Source: Paraspadella gotoi (taxonomy: Eukaryota > Animalia > Chaetognatha). Taken from it: a stretch of DNA of 64,000 nt. Numbering within the stretch: position 1 is the first letter of the stretch; every line of letters starts with the position of its first letter. Shown one piece after another: positions 35,652 through 64,000 of the stretch. Below the pieces are notes generated by a model. That model worked only from the letters and a program-made list of their open reading frames with translations. It was not told the DNA's origin and ran no database searches. Location of the stretch: positions 13,477,437-13,541,436 of the forward strand of contig CM119268.1 in NCBI GenBank assembly GCA_051294375.1, written 5' to 3'. Position numbers and translations under genes: made by a program.

Positions 35652-38194
35652 CTCGTCACGGCGGCGCCTCGTCTTTAGCGGCAGCGCCGTCGTCGTCGTC
35701 GTTTCGACGCCGTCGCATGGCGCCGGAGAGTCTTAAATTGAGACGGTCATGACGACGAGCACGTCCGGACGATCGGATTTTACGAAGACCCGGTTTGTCT
35801 TTTTGACGAAACTTTTGGTCCTAATCGGATTTAACGAATAGTATTTCGATGTAAAAAGGTAGGGCGTGGACGGACATCGATGAAAAAGCATTTTTTTTAA
35901 GACGGAGGCGATTTATAATTTTTTTATCACAATGAGTTTTTAAGATTTATTTTTTTTTGTTTAACATTCCGGTATCACGTCCCTTTTCCCCAGGAAACCT
36001 GTTGCAGATAAAAAAATCAGACAAGAATAATTTCTATTGAAAATAGTCGAGTAAATAGTAGTGGGTGAAAATGAAAGCGTTACATAATGACAGAAGGGAA
36101 CAATGCAAGTGTCACGAACTTAGTCAATCGAGAGGATTTGGAGAAATTAGATAATGCGTTGATATGGAGTTTGGTTGTCAGGCAACCCGGGGTGAACCCT
36201 TACGAGACGAAATGCAAGGTAATAAATTTCAAAATAAAAAGAAAAAAAAAAAGTAACGAGATTCTAATTTTGAAAAAAAAATGCGTGAGTAAATTAAAAA
36301 TAAAATTGGGCTTCTAAACCAGGACGATAATAGATGCCATTAATCCGTGTTTTGAAGAAATATAAAAAAAAAGAAAGACACACAGTTTCTATTTCTGGGC
36401 GAATTTCTCGCGCTAAACAAGAGAAGTGACGCCTTCCCCTTAAAAACGTCAAAACAAAGGAGTCAGGGATTGGAGAGTCCATGTCAAAAAAGGAAGGAAA
36501 AAAAATAATCGGAAGGCAGGGAAATTTGATAAATATTCGTCGAGAGGATGTCACCTAGCCTTTTTTGTTTTTTTGAGCCTGGCGGTCGAATTTAAGCAGG
36601 AGAGGTGTACTCTCTTCATTAAGTATTCAGATTATAATCAAATTCCAAATTTAGATTTTTATTTTCAGGTTGTGGGAGAACGTGGAGCCGTTGAGAAATC
36701 ATCGCCTTCTTGATCTAAAAAAAATCACGTTTCTCTTTTAAAATTATAACGGACAAATTCTTCGATTTTTTTTGGTGTGCACTTAAATATTCAAATAAAA
36801 GATTATAAACTAATAAACTCCATGCGACAGTTCGGCTTGGGTCCGTTCTCTTAAATCGTAAATCGGTAAGACAGTAGATACAACGGGTGGCAAAGAAATC
36901 GAAAAGTAAGTATTTTTTTTTCAGCGACGACGAACCCGGATTGTCTTTTCCGTCTCGCGATCAAAAGCCCGTTGTGTACTTTTTAGATCCCAGAACGAAT
37001 TGGATCAGTGGCCTCGCGAAAAAAAAAACGCAGCAAGTTCGAGCGACGACTTATTGAAAAGTTGTTTTCCATTTTTTTTTATTTTTGACGCGATTAAAAT
37101 CGTAGGGTAGTTTTTTTTTTTTGTTTTTTTTTTAATTTTGATATCGTAAATATTATCTTTATTGGAGTTTGCGGGTTAATAATGTAGTTTGAAAAATTTA
37201 AAAAAAAATTTATCACGCCCAATAGTGCTGCGCGCAAAGAAGGGAAACAATTATTCCTTTTACTTAGCTTAATCATTTTCCAATGCAATAATCTGAAAAC
37301 CTGTTTTTTTTATTATTATTTTTTTATGTCTGACGTAAGAACTTCAGAGGCGGGCGTCGAAGAAGTTTTTGTCATTGTCTTGTGTTTAGGTTTTTTTTTC
37401 CTTTTTAATTCCGGGAAGTAAGCTTATCATAGTTTTAATAATATCAATTTTTGCCAATTTTGTTTGTGACTTCATTTTGGGTTTGAATCTAAAAAAATCA
37501 TTTGCATAAATCGAAATTTTTTATCCTTTCGAGTTCTTGCGAATTTTGCGACTCAGCGCAGGTGCCTTTTTAAACTTAAGAGAAAAAAAAAGGGAAGACC
37601 AAACGACGTTCAGGAAATTCTCTCGGTGCGCACTAGGGCGGTGTGAGAAACTTGTAAAAGGATGAGGTTCAAGCATAGTAGTTTGTTTGAAAATAATACA
37701 GTGATATAGTTTAAAAAATATCTTTTAAAATAGATTTTGAATTCAATAATAGTATATTTCGTTAAATCAAAAACTAAAACAGAAAAAAAATCACACTTGG
37801 CACATTTCCCTAGTGTAGAACTGTTCCAAGTTACTATCTTTATCACCTCCCATGACAATTTTTCGCCTGGTATATGAAATCTGGGTCAATGAGTGCAACA
37901 AAGCGTGGCTTTTTTTTGAGGAAACTAGGCAGGGATTTTCGTTTCCTTTCAAGGAACGTGGCGAATAGAAGTCGTGACCAAAACGTCACGCCAATTGCGT
38001 CGTGAGTTATACCGCAAGAAAAAATGTCACGACGTCAATAAAAATGGCGTAAAAACGAGAAGGAAAACGACAACAACAACGACAAGAGTTGAGGTTCGTT
38101 GGGTTCGACGTTCGGCAATTGAGTGTAATCGAGAATCGATTTACGATTAGTCACGACGGATCCAGATGGCGTCTTATATTGAGTCACTGGATCA

Positions 38195-38385
38195 CGGTTG
38201 ATAGACCGGATGATTGATATGATTGATCGATTGACCGGATGATTGATATGATTGATCGATTGATCTGATGTCTTGATCTGATGATTGATATGATTGATCC
38301 ATTGATCTGATCCCTTGATCTGATGTCTTGATTCTTTGATGAATTCGAAAATCGATCGATGGACGGAATTGAATGATTGATTTTT
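38195..38385. repeat. Imperfect ~29-bp minisatellite
   Basis: gatgattgatatgattgatc recurs at ~38209, 38238 and 38280, with tgatctgatgtct variants. Confidence 0.8.
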
Positions 38386-39660
38386 TTCAAACATTTATTA
38401 AATATTTTCAGAAATTTTTCACGTGAGTTCTATTTTTTTTTAAATTTCTGTATTAACGAAAAAAATTTAACCCATTGGTTTGAAACGACATGTTTGGGGA
38501 CGAAAATCCTTTAAAAATAGCGTTGTTTAAACAAAGCTCACATAATGAATCAGCTGGAATCGACTTTCCGGTGTTAATTTTTTTGTTGTTGCTGGTTTCG
38601 CTAGTTACAAGTAAGACCGCAGATGGCGCCTGCTTTTGTTTCCACCAGGTGGAGCGAGAGACGAGACGTCGAGACGGCGACGCTTATTGGTAAACATTGG
38701 CCGACGAAGTCGAACGAAAAGAAGCAGAAGCGAAACGTTGAGTCATTTTTCTGTCGGGGCGAAGCGGAGGAGAACGAAGTGCGAAATTTGAAGAAAACGA
38801 AATAATTTGAGAGAAAACAAAACTGAAAATGAAAACGAAGCCGCCCCTCAAAGAAAAACAGGCGTTTTTTTTTAACTGGACGTACGGTAGAAAGGATTAG
38901 AACGGGCCGTCGGACCGTCGGGCCGCGCGAAAGGGCAAAAAGGCGACGATGACAGAAAGTAGAATCCTCGTCAAGGACAGCGGTCGAATCGAAGAGAATT
39001 TCGAAAGCGAACGAGAAACGAACGACAGGTTAAATTAGGATCTGGATTCTGGATTCCAATCGAGAATTCCGAAGAGAAAAAAACCTTAAAAAAATATGTG
39101 AGGAAAAAAAAGAAAATTTTGAGACGTGAATGAATCATCAAAACCAAAGTTTTTTTTTTTTTGAAAATCATTATGCTGCCAATTTAGGATATTACATGAA
39201 AACAGAAATGAATGAATTAAAGCCAAAAATAATCGCGAAAAAAAACAAACTTCGAAATAAAACCAGGTTGATTCTGCGCAGTTTGCTTAGAAGAGACGGA
39301 AAAGCCCGACGCAGCAAAACATACGACTAACCCTCGAGCCACCTCCGCCCTCCCCACCCCAAAAAAAAGGCTGTATTTTGAAAAACCGATCGCCAAAAAG
39401 TAATAAAAAATATTCGTCGTGTAAATATCAATTTGTGCCACCGTATCTATCGGGCCTCAAAGGTCAGAAAAGTACTTTTATACATAGATGTAAATTTTTT
39501 TAATTTAAGATATTTCGTTAATCCCGGATGTCACTTCCGTTCTAAATTTTTCTCTTTACACACACACACACACAAAAACTGCCTTCTTTTTAAAATTAAT
39601 TTTGGCGGCGACGAAGACGTCGATTACAACGACGATGACGACGAAAACAAAAGCGAATGG

Positions 39661-39714
<54 letters not shown>

Positions 39715-40073
39715 ACTTACCTCTGGTTTTGATTGGTTGTCTTCGGCCGCTGTCTGTCGACGCCATTGGTTCGTTTTTACGCTTTGCATCTCTGTCTTTG
39801 CGTGCATCGCTCACCGCTTCCTCTTGACTTCTTTTCAGGAAAAAACAGAAAAAGGAATTATAAAAAAAAGGGGGGGAAAAAAAAAGAAAGAAAAATATGG
39901 AAATTGATTAATATAGTTTATATTATATTACAAAAACTACGCCAAAATAAAAGTAAGACGGATAAAATTAAAAAAAAAAAAGAAGATGGAAATAAATACA
40001 AAATTTAAAAAATAATAAAAAAAAGATATAAAGAAGGATGAAATAATAAAGAAAAGAAAGAAAGAAAGAAAGC

Positions 40074-40149
<76 letters not shown>

Positions 40150-40187
40150 AGGAAAGAAAGAAAATAACAAGGAATGGTTATTCCAAG

Positions 40188-40438
40188 GTGTTGCGCCGCA
40201 TTACTTTACTTATTATTTATCATGTCATTTATTCCTTATAGTTTATAAGATTTCTTTACAAACAAAAGGCGGAGCCAGCTTAGATTTGATTTTTAACAAA
40301 TGAGCCACAAACTATAGACAAGTTATAAGCGTTTTTAATATAAGTTGGACAGACGGACGGACAGAAATACCGACGGACCGACGGACCGAAAAGTGACTTA
40401 TAGAGTTGCTCCGCGAGTACTCGCGGCGAAACTAAAAA
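40188..40438 (+). mobile_element. Non-autonomous Helentron/HINE (DINE-1-like) element, copy 1
   Basis: gtgttgcgccg start, (GACG/GACA/GACC)n core, aaagtgacttatagagttgc, then hairpin ccgcgagtactcgcgg and an A-run; homologous to 44645-44997. Confidence 0.6.
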
Positions 40439-40977
40439 AAGGTCCGGGAACAGAGAGGGAAAGGGAAAAGTGAGGCATATTTGATCCTTCGCCGTTGTCT
40501 CCGTTTCCGCAGGCAAGGATGCCTCCCGTCTGCCAGAAACGTCGTCGTGCCTTGCCTCGGCGATCCTCGCTCGATCCTCACCCGACCTTCCGCTGCCTTT
40601 AACTTACCCGCTTTCATTTTTTTCCTCTTTCTTTCGCCGTGACTTACTCCAACTCGTACTAAATTGAGTACAAATCGGCTTAACTTGAAATTTACGATTC
40701 GCTGTGTGTGTCTTCTTTTTTAAAACAAAAAAAAAGAAAAGTCAAACTTAAATACACTTTGGTTTTAAAATCAGTATTCATTATATTATAATATCGAAAT
40801 AAAAACGAAATAGTAATTAGTAAGTACAATTCAATTCAAAGTAAAATTTAAAGTAAAATTTGAAGTAATGAATTACGAATGCCGAAAAACTATTAGAAAT
40901 CTTTAGAAATCCACTGGATCTAAAATAGCAAGTTTTTCGAATTTTAGTTTTTCAATCAGATAATAGAAAACCTCGAA

Positions 40978-41097
40978 GACCAATGAGAGTATTGGAATCG
41001 TTGATTCCCGTAAATCAGAAACTATGACCAATCAGAGCCAGGTAAAAGAGAAGTCGACCAATGAGGGAACAAACATTTTTCTGGTCGCCATGGAGTT
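40978..41097 (+). promoter_or_regulatory. DNAI4 promoter: three GACCAAT boxes (CCAAT at 40980, 41028, 41058) and an RFX X-box-like motif (41084-41097)
   Basis: gaccaatgag, gaccaatcag, gaccaatgag; GTCGCCATGGAGTT resembles GTYNCCATGGNRAC and lies ~105 nt before the ATG of a ciliary gene. Confidence 0.55.
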
Positions 41098-41202
41098 TAG
41101 AACGCCGTGTCCGGGTCTTTACACGAAAATGTTTGTAGAAAATTAGTAAAAACTCCATGATAAGTATTTGAAAATCGGTTGATATTCTTTACGGATTCAA
41201 GG

Positions 41203-57634
<16,432 letters not shown>

Positions 57635-57759
57635 GGCTTTTTCCCTGTCGTCGTTTTAGTTCGATCTGTGTTATTTGCTCGCGCAAAGTTTTCTTGTGCA
57701 ATATACATGTTGAAGAGACAGTAAAAATTGTTATGAGTTAGTGACAGAATCGTTCAATA

Positions 57760-57913
57760 TAAGCAGTCCCTGAGCTTCGGATCAGGACGTAACACCGTGT
57801 TACAGGAGGGTCAAGCTCCCAGTCCCTCTTAATTGCTAGGTGACCACAGGGCGAGAACCCCGGACCTTTGGGTTGGGAGGCGAATGACCTGCCTCCTGCT
57901 CCAATGGCCGCTG
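57760..57913 (-). mobile_element. tRNA-derived SINE-like element downstream of the DNAI4 stop
   Basis: Minus strand ggccattggagcaggaggcaggtcattcgcctcccaacccaaaggtccggggttctcgccc resembles a tRNA head with A/B-box-like motifs. Confidence 0.5.
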
Positions 57914-59300
57914 ATGAACGGTTGGTGGATTTTAGTCCGCCATAATTTGAAATTTGTGAATTGAATCTCTCTTTGACTTCTCATTTAAAGGAAAAAACCT
58001 TTTCGTTGGATGATAGTTAAGTTACTTAGCATTATGTTCCCAACTGCTGAAGGAACTGTGATTAGGCGACGCACAATAAAAAATCTTTTAAGTTCCAATT
58101 TTCAAATACCGAACTATATAGGGTCGTGATAGCTTTATTAACACATGAAAAGTTAGGAAAAACAAACAGAATGATGTGTAGGGATTTCAAATGTGTAGGC
58201 TCGTGTATTAATTTTTTTTTTTTTTTGAAAAGGCAGAAAGGGTGTTTTTTTTTCTTTGTCAGTGACATAAGGTAATGACAGAAACATGCTTTAAAGGTTT
58301 TAACAGATCGGAATAAAAATTCAAATAGATTCTTTGGAATGTTATGACAAAATATTAATGAACAGCGAAGGGGCGATGCTTTTAGGAAAATCAATCAGTT
58401 TCCCGTTCGAAAGTAAACATAATCATTCTATGTACTAATCTATGTCAAATCGAATAATTTTAATTACGATGGGACACGTGTGCGTGTTTTTTTATGTTTT
58501 ATTTAAAAGAGGATATGTTTTAAGAAATTATTAAAAGCATGTTTGAAAAAAAAGAGAGATGTTAGAAGTACATTTTAAAAGTTCAAGAATCTATAGGGAA
58601 TAATTATGTTTGGCGGGATTATTAAATTACGGTCGTATTGACTATGAGGAATATTATAACTATCGCAAATAAAGATATAACATAGCATTAAAGATAAGGC
58701 TATGAGATGGTTTGGAACTTATTTAGCTGTTAAAAAGGATAAAAAAATCCTACTATTGTGTTTACTTGGAGTAAACCTTTTAGCATGTGTACATTTAAAG
58801 GCGTTAGGAGACAGAAATAGTTGGACATGGGTGACAGTTGATTGCGTGAATAAAAAAAAATTAAAAACTTCAGAACGATTATTTTAATGATCTCAAGTGC
58901 CAGACTTGATCTTAATTCGCGGAGTGTTAAAAATAATGACCAACCTGAAAAAAATATAAAATGGTATTAATTTAATTCGACGGTCATCATGGCTTTCCCA
59001 TTATCGCCTTAACTATCAGCAAATATTGAAAAAAAAATCTTTATTTTGGAACAATGTCCAAATGACATGCACGAATAACAACTATAGCTTTTGTTTTGTG
59101 GTAAAAATAGTTCTTTTTAATATAAACAGACTCAACAAACCAAAAAAAATTGGGAGTTATATTCCGACTCAAATGTTTGATTCGAGCGACGACGGACGGA
59201 GAAAGATGCTCATTTGTTTTGTAATTTTGTTTTTTTTTTTTGAGAGAGAGAGAGAATAAATTGCCTTTGGCTTTTTTTTTTTTTATGTTTGTTTCCAACC

Positions 59301-60800
59301 CTACATCTCCGCGGGAGAGATGGTACCGTCGTCGCTCTCTAGCCTGATGATGGGTATGATGTTCCTCCTCGTCCTTCCGCTCCTTCCTCCTCCCTCTCCC
59401 TTTTCCCCTTCCTCCTCTTCTTCCTCCTCCTCTTCCTCCGGCACGAAGAGGGTCGTTATCTGTTTGTCGCCCACCATCTCGCTCGCCGTCGGCCGGAAGT
59501 CGTCGCTGACGCTCAGCTCGCGCCGCAGCTGCTGCAGCTCCGAGGTGAGGCTGCGCTGGCGCCGGGGGAAGCGCGGCGGAAGCGGGGGAGGAACGGAGGC
59601 GGCGGCGGCGGGAAGGGAAGGGTCGTGGGAGACGGCGTCTTCTTGCTCTTCCTCGATGCTTTCCTGGGAAAGCCAAAGAAGGAAATGACAATCGAAAAGA
59701 AGGAGGAAATGGAACAGTGAGATGCCCCAATCCCAATGGGCATCACGGGCAAACCCTTCGCTCTTCACAACCGCGACAACAACAACCGTCCCCTGCACCT
59801 GCGGACTCATCCTCCTGCTGCTGCAGCTGGACTGAATCTCCGGCGAGAGTCGATCCGAATCGAAGGAGAAGGACGTCAGCAACGACAGCGAATCTTGATG
59901 GGGCAGTTGCTGGGGAGTCTGCTGGTGCAACTGGGACGACGGTTGGCCCAGTTGAGCCGGCGACGGAATCGGGCTGGGATGAGGCCGCGCCGAGTCGGGC
60001 GCGCGGGCTGCGGGGGATTCGAAACTCCCGCCGCCGCCGCCGGCGGCTGAGGCGGTGATGCCGGCTCAGCATCGCTCGTGAGGAGGAATATGGGTGGAGT
60101 CTTTAGGGTGGGGGGGAGTTTGGGGGGGTTGGTCAAAGAATAGGTGGGTCGGTGATGCGAGGACATCGAAAACAAATCTCTTCTCCATTTCTTTTCTTTT
60201 ATTCCCTCACGACGTCGCATTAACGCTGACAATTTATATCTTCGGGCTCATCGGTTCCCATTGGCATTGGTTCGCTTCCCATCCGTTCTCACCAACCTTA
60301 ATCCTCTTTTATTATGTATCTCCCTTCTTTACTCACTTGTCCGTGAGCGGCTCGGGCTTGATGAACTCTTGGAAGAGGGCGTCCGTCTTTTCGTCGATGC
60401 TGTAGTCTCTTCCCTTGTAAAAACTGGTCATGTGACGAGCGTGTCGAAGTCCTGAGGGCAGGAGGGACACGTGACCGATGAGGTATATGGTCGGTCGTCG
60501 GTCGGAAGGACAAATGTCACCGAATATTTAATTGACTATAGTTACTCAAATTTATCGTCAGATCGTTTGCCCATAAATTGTCAATAATTCGTCAAAAATC
60601 TTTTTTTTTTAAAAAATCATCGATTGCGACGATCGGCAATCAATAGTCAATCAATAGTAACCAATAAATCCAAACCTTGTCCGGGGATTAGTTGTGAGGA
60701 GCGGAAGAATCGCTTGAAGATGGATTCCTTGGCGGAGGCGTTCTCGTCGAAAGAGTCACGCCCGCGACTCCCGCTTCCAAGTCGAGGATGCTTAAATCAA

Positions 60801-60887
<87 letters not shown>

Positions 60888-62500
60888 GAGTTGATAAAAA
60901 GTTAGTGGGAGAGTGGTTTTTTAACGTGATAAAGGGAGACTCGAAATAGAAGAAGACGAAAACTCGAGCAGAGTGGAGAATTGGGGGGGGGGCGGCTTTA
61001 CGTTTTAAAAAAAATCCAATATTCTTTGCTCTTTTTCAAAAAAAAAAAGATCGGTTTATGCTGCGAAAGCTTTTCCTACCTCTAATAGGTTCATTAGGCT
61101 TTTAACCAATTTTCAATTTCATTTAAGCTCTTCAAAAGCAAAATTTTTTCAAGGTTTTTTTTTTTTTCACTCAATTTTTTCCTAACGATCGCCTTCGGCG
61201 TTTTTTTTTTTTTTTTTTTTTTGGTCTTAACCAAATCATCGTCTTTTTTAAAAAAAAAATTTTTACTCTTTAATAATTTCAATTCTTCTCGTTCGTGAAG
61301 GTTGATTTGGAGGCATTGAAGTTTTTAAAAATGTTCCCTCCTAACTTACCCCAAGCCCCAATTGGGGTCCGTGTAATACGAGTTTCCGTATTTCGAGTTC
61401 GTAAACTCTTTTCTTCTTTTCGCCGCCGTTTTGACGATGTGCGACGGGGGTGGGTTCTTCAGAGCGGATGACCTGTCGAGCGGGAGAGTTTAGTGGATTG
61501 TAAAGTATGTAATATGAAGAATGTAATATTATGTAATATGTAATAATGTATAAAATAATAGTAAAAAGAGAAAGAAAAATCAATCCAAAAAAATCAATCA
61601 ATCAATCACTAAAAATAGCAAAAAAATTCCTCACACCTGAATCTATTCTTCCTGGAGGCGGCGTTGCCTTCGGCGATCTTCATCGCGTCCAGGGTTCGAT
61701 CCAGCGAACCCGAAGACCTCAGCTGCTTCAGCATCTTCTCCTTTCCTCCGGGATGACTTCCCACACCTCCGACCGCTGCGCCGCCCATCGCTCCCGCGGA
61801 TGCCGCCGCTCCTGCCGCCACCGACGACATCCCCATCGCCTTCGCCGCCCTGATTCTTCCTCTCTTGTCCTCGGGCGAGTTTTGATGATTTGAGTGATGA
61901 TGATTCTGATGATGAAAAGAATGACGATTCGACGGTTCTCGATTCTCTTTGTCTCCTCCTCCTCCTCCTCCTACGACTTCTCCTCTTCCTCCTCCTCCAA
62001 CGGCTCCTCCTTCTGCTCCTCCTCCTTCTTCTTTGACGCTCACCTTTTCTTCTTCCATGGGCGTAGGCTCTTCCTCCTTTTCATCTCTTTCTTTATCGAG
62101 TTCTTCTCCTCCTTCTTTTTCTCCTCCTCCTCTCCTTCTCCTCCTCCTCCTCCCTTCTCTTCTTCTTTTTCTCTCTCCTCTCCTCATCCTCACTCCCTTC
62201 TTCTCTTTCTTCTTTTTCTCCTCCTCCTGTCCTCCTCCTCCTCCTCCTCCATCTCCATCGTCCTCACCAGTGTCCATGGATTCCTCTATCAGATCGATCG
62301 AGTCTATGGTGTCGGTCTTGTCGAGAGTGTCGCCCTTTTCGACGAGAGTGTCGGTCTTGTCGAAGGTGCCGCCCGAGCCGCCGGTGCCGACGGTGTCGGC
62401 CGTGACCGTGTCCTGTCGGTCGGTCTCGAAGGAGCCGTCGTAGGAGCGGGAGGAGCCGGCCGAGAGTTGACGAGGTTGGGGCGAGGGGACTTCGGAGTCA
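59301..62500 (-). CDS. CBARP: 3' part of a CBARP/BARP-like (calcium channel beta-subunit-associated regulatory) protein; exon model incomplete
   Basis: Exon 60451-60337 encodes GRDYSIDEKTDALFQEFIKPEP, matching the recalled CBARP motif RRDYSIDEKTDALFHEFLRHDP. Other candidate exons: ~62500-61637, 61472-61350, 60791-60677, ~60060-59790, ~59663-59301. Some junction phases unresolved; the rest is low complexity. Confidence 0.65.
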
Positions 62501-62914
62501 GTTGAGAAAAATTGGGAGAAATCGAAACGATAAAGGAGATTTATCGAAAGGCGATTTACTTAAAAGAAGATTTATCGAAAGGCGATTTACTTAAAAGAAG
62601 ATTTATTGTAAGGGAATTCATAATTTCCCCTTTCGGCCAATGACTGAAGATTCTGAAGAAACCTGGGCCCGTCCTGGGGGCTTTGATTTCCCCCCCCNNN
62701 NNNNNNNNNNNNNNNNNNNNNNNNNNNNNNNNNNNNNNNNNNNNNNNNNNNNNNNNNNNNNNNNNNNNNNNNNNNNNNNNNNNNNNNNNNNNNNNNNNNG
62801 CCAATAAGCATGACACCTTCAGTCGTGACCCGCTGGCTCGTTGAGTAATGCCATTAGCTCATGACCATTAACTATTGGGATCGGTCCCCAATGGTACCTT
62901 GGGGGGCGCGAAAA
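62450..62914 (-). repeat. Inverted duplicate of 63564-64000 (continues beyond the window)
   Basis: 62800-62914 is the reverse complement of 63564-63676, and ~62450-62697 is the reverse complement of ~63780-64000. Confidence 0.93.
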
Positions 62915-63102
62915 NNNNNNNNNNNNNNNNNNNNNNNNNGAAAAAGAGATTATGGACCAGTTAGATCGGATTAATTGCAATCGAATTGGTGACCAATCCG
63001 TTCGTCCGGAATTAATTGGACGAGGAGATAGTCGGTTCTAACCCGTCGCCCCACACCCCTTGCCCTTCTTCCCCTCATTTTCTTTCTCTTATATCCTTTA
63101 AA

Positions 63103-64000
63103 GTACAAAAAGCATGGAAAAACCAAGCTGCCTCCAACGCGCCGGCGACCGGTTCGCGGCTCGACTCTCTCCCTCTCTCTCCCGGTAGCTCGATCTCCCT
63201 CTCTATCCCCGATCGCTCGCTCTCCCTCCGCGTCCCCATCTCCCGGTCCCCGCTTCGACTTTTCCGTCCACGAAGTCCGGGTTCCTGTCTCCCTCGTCGC
63301 CCGAGCGAAGGGCGAAGGAAGAGGAAAGGAAGGCGGGGGCGAGTTTGTCCGTGCCGGCGGGTGAGGTGGGGAGAGGGGGGGGAAGAGGGAGAAGGGTGGG
63401 GATTAGACAGAGGGGAAAATAGTAGTAAAGTGTCGGGAAGTAGCCCTAGTATTCCTCAGTGCCTCTGGACCGTAAACACAGAGATAAGGGGGCTGAAGAG
63501 GCTTTCCGCAACTTCTTTAACCCCTCCAGCCGCCATGGAACGGAACCTGGGTTGAAACAGGCTTTTTCGCGCCCCAAGGTACCATTGGGACCGATCCCAA
63601 TAGTTAATGGTCATGAGCTAATGCATTACCAACGAGCCAGCGGGTCACGACTGAAGGTGGTGTCATGCTTATTGGCGGTGGGAACTTATTCAATGCCCGA
63701 AGAAGAGTGGATGTGTACTAAAAAAAAATGAACTTAAAATTGCGACCAAAAAAATTCAGTATGAATGAGAAATTAAGAGGGGGAGGGGAATCAACCCCAG
63801 GACGGCCCAGTTTCTCAGAATCTTCAGTCATTGGCCGAAAAGGGGAAATTATGAATTCCCTTACAATAAATCTTCTTTTAAGTAAATCGCCTTTCGATAA
63901 ATCTCCTTTATTCGTTCGATTTTCTCCCCAATTTTTCTCAACTGGACTCCGAAGGTCCCCTCGCCCCAAACCTCGTCAACTCTCGGCCGGCTCCTCCGCC
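63103..64000 (+). CDS. Probable upstream exons and mirror copy of the CBARP-like gene in + orientation
   Basis: Acceptors tttaaag|tac (~63103) and ttcctcag|tgc (63460); Ser/Pro-rich frames; the end mirrors the STDSEVPSPQPRQLSAGSS exon; indels present. Confidence 0.4.

Noticed and set aside
58062-58887. Short ORFs or a retroelement remnant in AT-rich intergenic DNA
   Set aside because: No recognisable RT, integrase or transposase motif

Overview
Eukaryotic (animal, probably bilaterian invertebrate) draft-assembly sequence with short GT-AG introns and abundant microsatellites; nearly all ORFs in the supplied track are spurious. Spliced genes traced by hand: TMEM198 (+, 23051-25250); an atypical MuSK-family receptor tyrosine kinase (-, 26559-35651) with an intronic antisense tRNA-Gly(GCC); DNAI4/WDR78 (+, 41203-57634, 22 exons); and the 3' part of a CBARP/BARP-like gene (-, from 59301). 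The dominant structure is a ~19.5 kb palindrome (10678-20622 / 20721-30215) whose left arm is an indel-riddled mirror of the right. Smaller mirror duplications occur at both window ends. These are most likely long-read, amplification or gap-filling artefacts. A 2.05 kb foldback element with an 8-bp TSD in a DNAI4 intron looks genuine, as do HINE/DINE-like and tRNA-SINE-like repeats. The best biological candidate for novelty is the MuSK-like receptor: no Frizzled-CRD, alphaC Glu->Gln, no YxxxYY and large inserts. No databases were searched; homology calls rest on recalled motifs.
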